Positions 33,787 to 45,043 of a stretch of 64,000 bases of DNA are shown here, one piece after another. Each line of letters begins with the position of its first letter. Position 1 is the first letter of the stretch. The notes beneath the pieces are model-generated. The model saw only the letters and a list, made by a program, of their open reading frames with translations. It did no database searches and was not told where the DNA came from. Origin of the DNA: Dehalococcoidia bacterium (GTDB taxonomy: Bacteria > Chloroflexota > Dehalococcoidia > Lucifugimonadales > QGNO01); assembly GCA_963667055.2 (NCBI GenBank), contig OY762956.1, positions 208,023 through 272,022 on the forward strand, read 5' to 3'. A program made the position numbers and the translations under genes.

Positions 33787-35228
33787 CACAACCAGGCTCC
33801 GGCGCCGGCTCTGCTCATCGCGGCTTGTTGCCCGGCATCCAGGCAGGACGCGCCGTCGGGGAACATCTTGCCGGGATTGAACAGGCCCTCGGGGGCAAAG
33901 GTCTCTTTTAGCTGAAGCATTGCATCCATATCGGCGTCGCTGAACATCAGCGGCATGTACGCCTTCTTCTCCAAGCCGACGCCGTGCTCGCCGGTGAGGA
34001 CTCCGCCGGCGTCTATGCACACTTCCAGGATTTTGCCGCCGGCCTCTATGACTCGCTCGGTCTGGCCGGGCTGCCTTTCGTCGAAAACGATGCAGGGGTG
34101 CAGGTTGCCGTCTCCGGCGTGGAAGACATTGGCTACGGGCAAACCGTACTCCTCGCTGATCTCCCCTACCCTGCGCAGCACGTCGGGCAGCTTGGACCTT
34201 GGCACGACCCCGTCCACCAGGTAATAGTTCGGCGCCAGGGTACCAAGCGCGCCCAGAGCGCCCTTCCTGCCTGCCCAGAGTCGTTCCCGTTCCGCGGCCT
34301 CGCTTGCTTCCTTGACGTCTCTGGCTCCGGCGCCAATGCAAATCTCCCGCACCATGGCGGCAGCCTCGTCCACCTCCACATCCAGGCCGTCCACCTCTAT
34401 GAGCAGCACCGCCCCGGCGTCCCTGGGGTATCCGAAGTTCATTGCCGTTTCCACCGCCTTTATGGCCAGGCTGTCCATCATCTCCATTGCAGTGGGTATC
34501 AGCCCTCCGCCGATAACCGCGGATACGGCCTTGCTGGCCTGCTCGATATCGCCAAACACGGCAAGCATCGTCTTCACCGACTGCGGAGCGGGCAGCAAGC
34601 CGACCACCGCCTTTGTAACCACCCCCATCATCCCCTCCGACCCAACGAACGCTCCCACCAGATCATACCCGGGGCGGTTCCGATAGGAGTCGCCCAGCCA
34701 GACCACCGACCCGTCCTCCAACACCACTTCGAGAGCCAGCACGTGGTTGGTGGTCACCCCGTAGCGCAGGCAGTGCGGCCCTCCGGAGTTCTCGGCCACG
34801 TTCCCGCCTATGGTGCAAGCGCGCTGGCTGGAAGGATCGGGGGCGAAGTAGAGGCCGTACCGGGAAGCGGCGATCGACAGATCGAGATTCACCACGCCCG
34901 GCTCGACCACGGCTATTCTATTCCGGGGGTCTATCTCCGGAATGGAACGCATCCTGGTCAGCGCCAGCTCTATTCCGCCTTCGCTGGCGATTGCGCCGCC
35001 GGACAGCCCGGTGCCCGCGCCCCTCGGTATCACGGGGAGGCCCTCCCTGCCCGCCATAGCCACTACCTGCGACACCTCCTCGGTGGAAGCGGGAAACACC
35101 ACTGCTGCGGGCAGCCCCCTATCCACGGAACCGTCGTACTCGAAGACCAGCAGGTCGTCGGGATGGTGAATCACCGACCGCTTGCCCACGATGTGCTCAA
35201 GCTGTTTCACCAGGCGTCGCTTGTCCAT
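33786..35228 (-). CDS. glcD: FAD-linked glycolate oxidase subunit
   Basis: 480-aa ORF with 'VIPRGAGTGLSGGA', 'NVAENSGGPHCLRYGVT' and 'GVLTGEHGVGLEK', typical of GlcD/D-lactate dehydrogenase-type FAD oxidases. Confidence 0.9.
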   Translation of the reverse strand: MDKRRLVKQLEHIVGKRSVIHHPDDLLVFEYDGSVDRGLPAAVVFPASTEEVSQVVAMAGREGLPVIPRGAGTGLSGGAIASEGGIELALTRMRSIPEIDPRNRIAVVEPGVVNLDLSIAASRYGLYFAPDPSSQRACTIGGNVAENSGGPHCLRYGVTTNHVLALEVVLEDGSVVWLGDSYRNRPGYDLVGAFVGSEGMMGVVTKAVVGLLPAPQSVKTMLAVFGDIEQASKAVSAVIGGGLIPTAMEMMDSLAIKAVETAMNFGYPRDAGAVLLIEVDGLDVEVDEAAAMVREICIGAGARDVKEASEAAERERLWAGRKGALGALGTLAPNYYLVDGVVPRSKLPDVLRRVGEISEEYGLPVANVFHAGDGNLHPCIVFDERQPGQTERVIEAGGKILEVCIDAGGVLTGEHGVGLEKKAYMPLMFSDADMDAMLQLKETFAPEGLFNPGKMFPDGASCLDAGQQAAMSRAGAGAWL

Positions 35229-35480
35229 ACTTGAGGGACATGGTAACCCAAATCACGCTGTCTGGCATCAGTTTGCTTTGAGGACGGGTGTTGTCTTACC
35301 ATCGGGACATGGTTGGCGAAGAACCCGAAACCAAAGGAGACAGGCGCGACCGGAAGCGGCAGAGCAAGCGAAAGATGCGCGTCACCGGCAGAGGCGTGCG
35401 GCTGCTGCAAGAATTAGCTCGCCGCCGCGCCGAGCGGTTGAAGACGGAACACTCGGAAACAGGCCAACGAGGAGGCTAAC

Positions 35481-36464
35481 ATGACGTTGACGAAACGGGA
35501 ACGAGTACAAGCGGCGCTTGAAGGCGAAACGGTCGACCGGCCTCCCGTCAGCGTATGGCGGCACTTCTACGACAAGGAGACGACTGCCCAGGGGCTTGTC
35601 GAGTCGATGGTTGGCTTCCAGCGTCGATACGAATGGGACTTCATGAAGGTGAACCCGCGCGCTCAGTATCACGTCGAGGACTGGGGCGCGACGTTCCGCT
35701 ATCCCGCCGACCCCGCCGAAGGCCCCACCGCGCTGGACGTGCCGGTCGGCTCGCCTGAACAGTGGGAGTACATCGAACCTCTGAAAGCGACTGCGGGTGT
35801 CCTCGATGAACATCTGAAGGCTCTGATCGACATCAGGAAGGAGCTATCCGGTGGCGTGCCTTTCATAATGACGGTGTTCAACCCCATCTCCATCGCGGGA
35901 CGCCTGGTGGAGTCGGAGGACGCCTTTGTGGAGCACATGCGGAGTCACCCGGGCAGGATTCACTCCGCCCTGGAAGTGGTCACCGAGACCTTTTGCAACT
36001 ACACCAGCGAAATACTGAACGCCGGCGCCGACGGCATATTCTTCGCCACCACGTCGTGGGCCACCACGGACCGCATCACCGGGGAGGAGTACGCCGAGTT
36101 TGGCCGTACCTACGACCTGCGCGTCCTCGACGCGGCCAGAGACGCCCGGTTCAACCTGCTCCACGTTTGCCGCGGCAACAACATGCTGCGCGATCTTGCG
36201 GACTATCCAGTCCACGCCTTCAACTGGGACACGCAGGACGACACCAACCCATCGCTTGAACAGGCCCGCGATTTCACAGACAAACCGCTCATAGGGGGCA
36301 TCAGCCGCGAAACGCTCCTGAACGGCCAGCCCGCGGCGGTAGCGGACGAGGTGAACGAGGCGATGGGCCGGACCGGAGGACGTGGCTTGATGATAGCCTC
36401 CACCTGCTCGATTTCGCCGCGCTGCCCTGGTACGAACCTGGAGGCGCTGCGCAAGTCCGTATAG
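35481..36464 (+). CDS. uroporphyrinogen-decarboxylase (URO-D) family protein, methyltransferase-like
   Basis: 327-aa ORF with 'KRERVQAALEGETVDRPPVSVW', typical of the URO-D/MtaA-like family. GAGGAGG RBS. Confidence 0.75.
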   Translation: MTLTKRERVQAALEGETVDRPPVSVWRHFYDKETTAQGLVESMVGFQRRYEWDFMKVNPRAQYHVEDWGATFRYPADPAEGPTALDVPVGSPEQWEYIEPLKATAGVLDEHLKALIDIRKELSGGVPFIMTVFNPISIAGRLVESEDAFVEHMRSHPGRIHSALEVVTETFCNYTSEILNAGADGIFFATTSWATTDRITGEEYAEFGRTYDLRVLDAARDARFNLLHVCRGNNMLRDLADYPVHAFNWDTQDDTNPSLEQARDFTDKPLIGGISRETLLNGQPAAVADEVNEAMGRTGGRGLMIASTCSISPRCPGTNLEALRKSV

Positions 36465-36484
36465 GAGTTGTCCCCAAGATGATA

Positions 36485-36493
36485 TGCTATACT
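36485..36493 (+). promoter_or_regulatory. extended -10 promoter (TGcTATACT) placed for a leaderless transcript
   Basis: TGcTATACT at 36485-36493 ends exactly 7 nt before the ATG at 36501, and there is no Shine-Dalgarno sequence. Confidence 0.45.
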
Positions 36494-36500
36494 GAACACT

Positions 36501-36902
36501 ATGGAAGACCGAAAGTCTTTTACACTGGATGAGCACATAAAAACAGCATACGCGTTCTTGGAACACTCAGAACGAGAATTAAGTAGTGGAGACAAGCTGC
36601 AAGCCTCGGAAAAGCTCTGGGGCGCCGCTGCCCACGCAATGACCGCAATTATGCTAAAGCAAGGAACGAGAGGTCGTAGTCACCGTGACCTCAAGGTAGC
36701 GGCTAAAAGACTATCCACCGACCTCCAAGACCCGCATATCTATGCAGGCTTTCTCGCCGCCGAAAAGTTCCACGTCAACTTCTACACTGGAATCATGGAA
36801 GATTACGAAATTGAGCTTGACAAAGATCAGGTGCATGATTTCGTCAATCGTATTCTAAGCAACAACAGCGCTAACGCCGGGAGCAACGAGACCGCGCCTT
36901 AA
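36501..36902 (+). CDS. PaREP1-like (HEPN-superfamily) small helical protein, paralog 2
   Basis: 'AYAFLEHSERELSSGDKLQASEKLWGAAAHAM...SHRDLKVAA...KFHVNFY', collinear with 28232..28585. Confidence 0.5.
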   Translation: MEDRKSFTLDEHIKTAYAFLEHSERELSSGDKLQASEKLWGAAAHAMTAIMLKQGTRGRSHRDLKVAAKRLSTDLQDPHIYAGFLAAEKFHVNFYTGIMEDYEIELDKDQVHDFVNRILSNNSANAGSNETAP

Positions 36903-36922
36903 GAACCCTGGCAGCTTTGGCG

Positions 36923-37702
36923 CTACTTCACGGCCCGCGACACCACCACCGGCCAGCTGAAGTTGATGCCGTCGCCTTCCGGCTCTATTTCGAACGCGTC
37001 CACAACGGCTTCGGAAGCCGATAGAAAGTCCCTTCTCAACGGTTCCACCTTTTCCTGCGGGGTCGCCGAGCGCTTCACCCAGTCGTTGAATTCCAGGTGA
37101 ACTCTGACCATCTGGAGATGTGTCACCGACAGCCCGACCTCTTGCAGCATGACGCGCCACTCCGACTGCTTCCTATCCCAAACGTGAGATACGTCGCGCC
37201 TCAGCTCGACGTCGTTCATCCACTCCGCTACGGCGTCGTCTTCAGGGGCGCAAGTGTCGCTCAACAGGAACACCCCGCCGGGCTTGAGCACGCGATTGAT
37301 CTCGCGCAGCGCCAGGGGGAGGTCGTAGAAGTGGTGCGCCGCCTGCCGGCAAGTCACCATGTCCAGGGAGCCGTCGGCGAAGGGCATGTGCTCCGCCTCG
37401 ACAAAGGCAAGCTCCACGTTGTCCAGGCCCTGCTCGGCGGCCAGCTGCCCGGCCTGCCGCAGCATTCCGGCCGCTATGTCGGTGGCGAGCGCCCGCTCCA
37501 CGTACGGGGCCACGGCGAACGCAGTGAACCCGGCCCCCGTGGCTATGTCCACGGCAACGCCGGGATCGCCCAGCGACGCGTACTCTTGCAATACGTCCAA
37601 CCCCTCGCTGTGGGCGTGCACGCCCGTGCTTACCGCGTAATGCTCCGCCTGCCTGCCGAACTGCTCGGCGGCGTTCTGCGACGATGCGTTCTGTTCAGTC
37701 AT
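36923..37702 (-). CDS. class I SAM-dependent methyltransferase
   Basis: Motif I 'VAVDIATGAGFTA' and a post-I acidic 'ATDI'. Methyltransf_11-like length with a C-terminal extra domain. ATG at 37702 after AAGGAG; alternative GTG at 37717. Confidence 0.85.
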   Translation of the reverse strand: MTEQNASSQNAAEQFGRQAEHYAVSTGVHAHSEGLDVLQEYASLGDPGVAVDIATGAGFTAFAVAPYVERALATDIAAGMLRQAGQLAAEQGLDNVELAFVEAEHMPFADGSLDMVTCRQAAHHFYDLPLALREINRVLKPGGVFLLSDTCAPEDDAVAEWMNDVELRRDVSHVWDRKQSEWRVMLQEVGLSVTHLQMVRVHLEFNDWVKRSATPQEKVEPLRRDFLSASEAVVDAFEIEPEGDGINFSWPVVVSRAVK

Positions 37703-37763
37703 AGCGCTCCTTGACACAGCGTTTCGGGAAGATTCTCGTCAAGCTTGAACCGCACGGCGGCAC

Positions 37764-38000
<237 letters not shown>

Positions 38001-38116
38001 TTATAGACGGTTATCTGCCTCCCATGCACCGCCCGCCGAGGGCGTCGGCTCCGGTGATGGTGGTCATTATGTTTGACACTATGTGAACAGTAGTGTAGCA
38101 TGCGTACATAGGCTGG

Positions 38117-38878
38117 TTACTGCGTATGCGGGGGCTGGCCTTCTTCTTTGGGCAATACTACAAGGCCATAGCCGTCGACACGCCCTCGGGGACTGCGTCG
38201 AAACTTCTGCTCTATCACTTCCCAGTCTCCCTTGCTTGGTTTACCCATAACACGACGTCCGATGGGCGAAACCACCAAGTCCGCCAACTGTAACCCCGCT
38301 ATGTTGTCCATCTTGGATCGGAAGGACAGCCCGACAATTCGATCCTCAATCTTACTTCCCTGAATGTTAAAGGTTCCTGCAATCTTCAGGTTCAGCCAAG
38401 CCAGATCCAATTGACGATCTAATGTCTGCTCTCGCTTTTCCACTACAATCACTCCGCTCTTGCTTTCGTTGCCTAGGTCGAAGCAGAAGCGTTCCACCAA
38501 GATGTTAAGGCTTAGCAGGTATGGGTCAAGAGCGGCCAGTCCATATCGGACCAGGTGCTCATCCTTACGAATCACGCAAGCTACTACCGAATATTCTAGA
38601 TTCGTCATCAAATCATTTAGCCGAGCGTAGAAGTGATTGCGGAAGTCATGATCCAGCATGGCCTCAAAGCCATTCCGGTTGCGGGTGATATCAGCAGTGT
38701 GCAGGATGATATCGGTGGTGCCAAATAGCTCGTATTTGAACTCGTTGAGTTTGTCCGTCAGCATGCCTTCAGCGTAGGCTTTGTCCGTGATGACTCCACC
38801 CAGCACGAACACAGGATACTGAGGGTCTATCACAGATAGATTGTGGTCTCCCGATTCGTCAAGGAATAAGACCTTCAT
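38117..38878 (-). CDS. DUF3800-family protein
   Basis: The N-terminus 'MKVLFLDESGDH' and overall length fit DUF3800. It is visibly AT-richer than katG, whose stop lies 7 nt upstream. Confidence 0.7.
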   Translation of the reverse strand: MKVLFLDESGDHNLSVIDPQYPVFVLGGVITDKAYAEGMLTDKLNEFKYELFGTTDIILHTADITRNRNGFEAMLDHDFRNHFYARLNDLMTNLEYSVVACVIRKDEHLVRYGLAALDPYLLSLNILVERFCFDLGNESKSGVIVVEKREQTLDRQLDLAWLNLKIAGTFNIQGSKIEDRIVGLSFRSKMDNIAGLQLADLVVSPIGRRVMGKPSKGDWEVIEQKFRRSPRGRVDGYGLVVLPKEEGQPPHTQ

Positions 38879-38885
38879 AGCATGG

Positions 38886-41102
<2,217 letters not shown>

Positions 41103-41175
41103 TCAACCATCGAGAATCTTTTCGAAGCCAGGTCTGGCCCTTGCAGCGTGATCCGCAGAGGTTCGGGACTGTGCT

Positions 41176-41305
41176 TTTCTTGCCACACTCAGAAAGTGAT
41201 ACAATCCTACCGTATAGATAATGATCTCGACGTTAAGTGCACGGTCATAAGGCCCGACGAGCTTGAAGTGGAGGTCGCGTCGGGCGCGGTGACGCGGCTG
41301 GCGTG
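41176..41305 (+). pseudogene. decayed duplicate of the cupin gene's promoter and 5' end (cf. 46882-47012)
   Basis: About 130 bp align with the region upstream of and inside cupin 46920..47324. This includes 'gaaagtgatacaat' vs 'gaaagtggtacaat' and 'gagcttgaagtggaggtcgcgtcgggcgcg'. The ATG is mutated to ATA and the reading frame diverges. Confidence 0.65.
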
Positions 41306-41421
41306 TTGGACCGGAGACCGCGTTACCAGGACCGGAAGGGCAACGCCGTGATTGACATCCCAACTCATTACGCCCTAAGCTAACGCAGGTAGAATAGACA
41401 AAGGGTATGGAGGCGTAAACA

Positions 41422-42492
41422 ATGGTTATGTCGATGCTGAGGAGACAGTGGCTTTGGATGGCTTTGCTGACAACATTGCTGATCCTGTTAGCCGCCTGTG
41501 GGTCCGACCCAACACCAACGCCTGAACCCACGGCAACACCAACACCTGAACCCACGGCAACGCCAACACCTGAACCCACGGCAACGCCAACACCCACGCC
41601 CCTTCCGCCCACCGCCACCCCGGCGCTCGAAGAGCTGAGGCTCACCATGACGACGACAGGGAAGGACGTGCTGGCGCTCTTCTCCGAAGCCGAGACCTCC
41701 TGCCTTCGCACGGCCATCGGAGATGCTGCCTACGAGAAAATGTCCAACGAGCCGATTCTGGCTATTCTGGCGGCCAGCGGCGAGCAATTTGTATTGCCGA
41801 TATTCCAGTGTGCCGAACCCGAAAACCTCGTGGTCTTCGGAATCGCCTTCCTCGACCTGCAGGTGGGATGGACCTCCGACACCCGCGCGTGCATGATCAG
41901 AGTCAGTAGAGAAAGTCCTCTCGCGGTCCTGACGGGCCTGGGAATGACGCCGCCGGGCCAAATCAACGAAACTTCGGCAACGCGGCCGTATGCCCTGGAG
42001 TTCTACAACTGCATGACCCCGGTAGAGAAGGTCGGCTACCTGGCACGCATACAAGCCGCCCTGGACGTCAATACATCGGCGGAGACGGACATTATCGGCA
42101 TGATTCCGGAGTCCGAGGCTGCCTGCATCCGGGAGGCGCTGACGGACGAAGACTACGCCAAGCTGCTAGGCTCCACGGCGGCCAATGCCTTCAGAATATC
42201 GGACTCCGTGACTGCTTGCATTTCCCAGGAAAGCTACGTGCCCATCTTCGTGTCGGTCATCGGATCCCAGACCGGGGGGCTGAGCGACAATAGCCAAGCC
42301 TGCATCACCGAGTTCGCCATCGGGCACCCGCGTTACGTAGCGCTGGTCAACCCAACATTGCTCGACTTTTCGTCGACGAGCATCGAGGACCTGGTGGAGA
42401 TAGCGGACAATGGGATCAGGGTATGGGAGTGCTTCACCGACGAAGAGCTTCTGCGGATGCAGACGGTCTACACCGGCGCTCTGGCGGGGTAG
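41422..42492 (+). CDS. hypothetical lipoprotein with (PEPTATPT)n linker
   Basis: The ATG at 41422 follows GGAGG. Signal/lipobox 'LLILLAACGS', a Pro/Thr repeat linker, then a ~280-aa Cys-containing domain of unknown family. Confidence 0.65.
   Translation: MVMSMLRRQWLWMALLTTLLILLAACGSDPTPTPEPTATPTPEPTATPTPEPTATPTPTPLPPTATPALEELRLTMTTTGKDVLALFSEAETSCLRTAIGDAAYEKMSNEPILAILAASGEQFVLPIFQCAEPENLVVFGIAFLDLQVGWTSDTRACMIRVSRESPLAVLTGLGMTPPGQINETSATRPYALEFYNCMTPVEKVGYLARIQAALDVNTSAETDIIGMIPESEAACIREALTDEDYAKLLGSTAANAFRISDSVTACISQESYVPIFVSVIGSQTGGLSDNSQACITEFAIGHPRYVALVNPTLLDFSSTSIEDLVEIADNGIRVWECFTDEELLRMQTVYTGALAG
41521..41592 (+). repeat. 3 x 24-bp tandem repeat encoding PEPTATPT
   Basis: cctgaacccacggcaac(a/g)ccaaca is repeated three times head-to-tail inside the lipoprotein gene. 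Confidence 0.9.
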
Positions 42493-42505
42493 TAACTCAT
42501 ACCGG

Positions 42506-42947
42506 CTAGCCGCACTGAATCAGGCTGTCGTCGCCAAGACCGGTCGGACAGAAGACCCTCAATGGCGGTCCGACGAGTGGAAGTAAACGACGGTGGACAC
42601 GCGGCGAGGAGAGTCGAGTCGCCTGACTGGGCTCAGCCGGTGGTCTGTTTGGGCCCTGGCCGCCCGCGCCTCTTACCAGAATGAGGGCCGGATTTGGAAC
42701 AAGTTGAGAGCCGTACCGCGTCCTCTTGCCGTACTCCGGGTCTATGAACAGGGGGTTGTCGTCGCCGTGTGCCAGCGTGTAGTTGCGGATTGTGCGGGAA
42801 TCGAATCTTATTGCCGCTTCATACGGCGATGACAGGGAAACGGAGTCCCCGGGCCGGGTGGCCTGTATTCGTCCCGCTCTTTTCCAAGCGCATCCTTGCA
42901 CCGTTCGATGTACTCGGCAATTGCCTCTTCGAAAGTCTGGGGCAACA
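42506..42947 (-). pseudogene. truncated, frameshifted fragment of the double-hotdog hydratase family
   Basis: The ATG at 42947 reads 'MLPQTFEEAIAEYIERC...PGPGTP'. After a frame change it reads 'SPYEAAIRFDSRTIRNYTLAHGDDNPLFIDPEYGKRTRYGSQLVPNPALILVRGAGGQGPNRP', then unrelated sequence and a stop. Only about the first quarter of the family is present. Confidence 0.7.
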
Positions 42948-43226
42948 TTCGTTCATCCCCCTTTTCTCCGAGCGTGCGCTATGCCCCAACCGAGACACGG
43001 GCCGTGTGGCGCGCGGCACGGATGGACGATTCCGCAATCCGCTTTCCAATCCCACCGTCGGAGAGGTAATCGAGGTCGGTTGCTGCCTCCATTCAACTGA
43101 AACGGATACGACCGCTCTTGGCCGTTAAGCCGTCCCTTTTCCGCAATCTATACCCCTCGCTCATCGAGTGTAAATTGCGCGACTGAGCCGCTTCCATGCG
43201 CGGCGGAGCGGCTGGCTATTGCAGCC

Positions 43227-44963
43227 CTACTTATCCACGCGGCAACTGATAATGTCGATGCCGTAGTATTTGCGATGGTGCACCGATGAGGCGTAGTGGC
43301 GCAGAATGCGGAAGGACAGTTGCTCCTCGTCTTCCAGCGCCTGTGCCTGGTCCAGGTACGCCATGCGATTCTCGATATTCCCCTGGATGGCGTCGTCCGA
43401 GGCGACCACGATTTCAAGCTCGGCTGAGCCGCTTTCAGGACGAATCACGGCGACCAGCCTGCGCTTCTGTTCCACCGCGCCGTCGTTCTCTTCATTGAGC
43501 AGGCTCAACATGACCTCCTCTCCCACCAGCCGCAGCCGGCTCTTGCCTTCCTCCGTCCAGGAATGTCCGTCGGCGAACCGGGAGAGAAAATCGTCAATGG
43601 CGGGCAGCGAAGATTGGGACAAGTCAACCCTTAGCTTCTTGGCGCGAAAACCCGATAATTCGGTGAATACGGTCATCGCTATAGCCGCCATGCCGCCGAC
43701 GACAATGGGATTGCTCACCAGATGAATAATCACCCCTTCGAACAATCCGCTCAAAGCGCCCGCGGACAGGCCCAACACCATGGAAACGCCGGTGACGGCG
43801 GCCTTCTTCTGGTCGACCTGTCCCGTAAATACCGTTTTCGCGCCCTCGATGAAGAGCATCCCGAAGATGATGACGTACACCGCGCTGACCACCGGGCTCG
43901 GAATGGCGATCAGTACGGCAAGCAGCTTGGAAAAGAAGGCGATCAGTACGGTCAACAGTCCCAGCAATATCCCGACGCTCCTGGCCGCGACGCCGGTAAA
44001 GCCAATGTAGACAACGGTGGCCGACCACGGCGCGGCGACGGGCAGGGTTCCCAGGAGGCCGGAAAGAAACGTGCCAGCCCCGTACACGTTCAAGCCCCCC
44101 TGTACGGAGCGGAAGTCGATGGCCGATTGATTTCGGTATGAAGCGCGGTAGATTACCGAGAGGTCTCCCACCGCTTTCATAAAGGCGGTGAGATTCACAA
44201 TCACAAAGACCGGAAGCAGGGCCCAGAAGTCCGCGCCAAAGGCCAGGCCCAGCCCGGGCCAGTCGGAATGGGGCAGGCGCAGCCATGGAGTGTCAACTAT
44301 GATGTCAAGGTTGTAAAAGCCCAGCGGCACGGCCACAATCAGGCCGACGGCTACGGTGATTGGCAAAATCCACATGCGCCAGAGCGGCGTATCTTGCAGG
44401 GATATGAGGACTCCAACGGCCAGAGCGGCCATTCCCGGCGCCAGGAAAACCCACGTGGATTCTCCTTCCGGCGGAATAACCGCTCTGCCGATGATGAAAG
44501 GCATGGCCGAAATCGCCACCAGCATAATCACTACTCCGCTCACCGTCTGCGTGAATATACGGCGGAGCGAGGCAAGGCGCAGCGTCAAAACAAACTGAAT
44601 CAGGGTGGAAACCACCACCAGGCTGGCCAGCAGACCGGGGCCGCCAACGTGGAGAGCCAAAGCGCTAACCGCCAAAAAAGGAACGTTGAAGTTTGCCACA
44701 ACCAGGCGGCCCGAACCTAAATACCGCAGCCTGAGGGACTGTAGGATCATACCGGCTCCGGTGACTGCCAGCACGGTAAACGTCACCCACGACAGGTAGG
44801 CTTCCGATTCGCCGGACGCCCGCACCACCAGCGCCGCCAGCATGACAAGGCTGATGGTGTTGGGTATGAATATCTGCAAGGCCGAGGTTATCGCCAGCAG
44901 CGGCGGGCACTTCTCATCCGGTTCGTAGTGGATTTCGGGTCGCCCTTGGGATTTTCGGAACAT
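43227..44963 (-). CDS. NCS2/SLC23-like permease with extra ~150-aa C-terminal cytoplasmic domain
   Basis: 578-aa ORF. About 12 predicted TM segments show nucleobase:cation-symporter-like patterns. The hydrophilic C-terminal tail ('LRVDLSQSSLPAIDDFLSRF...RLRLVGEEVMLSLL...') is not typical of NCS2. The family assignment (NCS2 vs SulP-like) is uncertain. Confidence 0.6.
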   Translation of the reverse strand: MFRKSQGRPEIHYEPDEKCPPLLAITSALQIFIPNTISLVMLAALVVRASGESEAYLSWVTFTVLAVTGAGMILQSLRLRYLGSGRLVVANFNVPFLAVSALALHVGGPGLLASLVVVSTLIQFVLTLRLASLRRIFTQTVSGVVIMLVAISAMPFIIGRAVIPPEGESTWVFLAPGMAALAVGVLISLQDTPLWRMWILPITVAVGLIVAVPLGFYNLDIIVDTPWLRLPHSDWPGLGLAFGADFWALLPVFVIVNLTAFMKAVGDLSVIYRASYRNQSAIDFRSVQGGLNVYGAGTFLSGLLGTLPVAAPWSATVVYIGFTGVAARSVGILLGLLTVLIAFFSKLLAVLIAIPSPVVSAVYVIIFGMLFIEGAKTVFTGQVDQKKAAVTGVSMVLGLSAGALSGLFEGVIIHLVSNPIVVGGMAAIAMTVFTELSGFRAKKLRVDLSQSSLPAIDDFLSRFADGHSWTEEGKSRLRLVGEEVMLSLLNEENDGAVEQKRRLVAVIRPESGSAELEIVVASDDAIQGNIENRMAYLDQAQALEDEEQLSFRILRHYASSVHHRKYYGIDIISCRVDK

Positions 44964-44989
44964 TGGCTAATTCACAATAATCGGCAGGA

Positions 44990-45015
44990 ATGATATGCTA
45001 TGATATGCCATATCA
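44990..45015. promoter_or_regulatory. candidate operator: direct repeat atgatatgc x2 merging into a perfect 7-1-7 palindrome
   Basis: atgatatgc occurs at 44990-44998 and 45000-45008. tgatatg-c-catatca at 45001-45015 is a perfect palindrome. The site lies in the AT-rich 80-bp divergent region between the permease and the Cache lipoprotein. Confidence 0.45.
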
Positions 45016-45043
45016 ATAATACATTCTAGGGAGAGGTAAAATT

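Noticed and set aside
33787-34341. 185-aa N-terminal extension of the glcE ORF (raw ORF 32488..34341)
   Set aside because: The extension is extremely Arg-rich, overlaps glcD in another frame, and the FAD-binding domain begins right after the ATG at 33786. That ATG overlaps the glcD stop in a classic coupled arrangement.
35229-35480. Possible cobalamin riboswitch or small basic ORF (35288..35479) upstream of the URO-D/MtaA-like gene
   Set aside because: I could not find a B12 box or the conserved cobalamin-riboswitch core. The 63-aa ORF is Arg/Lys-rich low complexity without an RBS. I left it unannotated, and an Rfam scan would settle it.
38040-38075. Plus-strand sigma70-like promoter 'TTGACA-17-TAGCAT' with the flanking inverted repeat acacta/tagtgt between DUF433 and DUF3800
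   Set aside because: It would drive transcription antisense into the DUF3800 gene and no plus-strand gene lies downstream. It may be fortuitous or an antisense promoter, and there is not enough evidence to call it.
41521-41592. Regularly spaced 24-bp repeats considered as a possible mini-CRISPR array
   Set aside because: The repeats are directly adjacent with no spacers, lie in frame within a coding region and encode a Pro/Thr linker. No cas genes are present.
41103-41717. 204-aa minus-strand ORF with (GVGVAVGS)n repeats
   Set aside because: The Gly/Val repeat is simply the reverse-complement reading of the (PEPTATPT)n linker of lipoprotein 41422..42492. The remainder crosses the cupin-remnant region. 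It has no RBS.
42769-43128. ORFs 42769..43128 and 42783..43100 (+) and 42819..43055 (-) in the gap after the hydratase pseudogene
   Set aside because: They have no motifs or RBS and overlap each other and the pseudogene 5' end. They are most likely non-coding decayed DNA.
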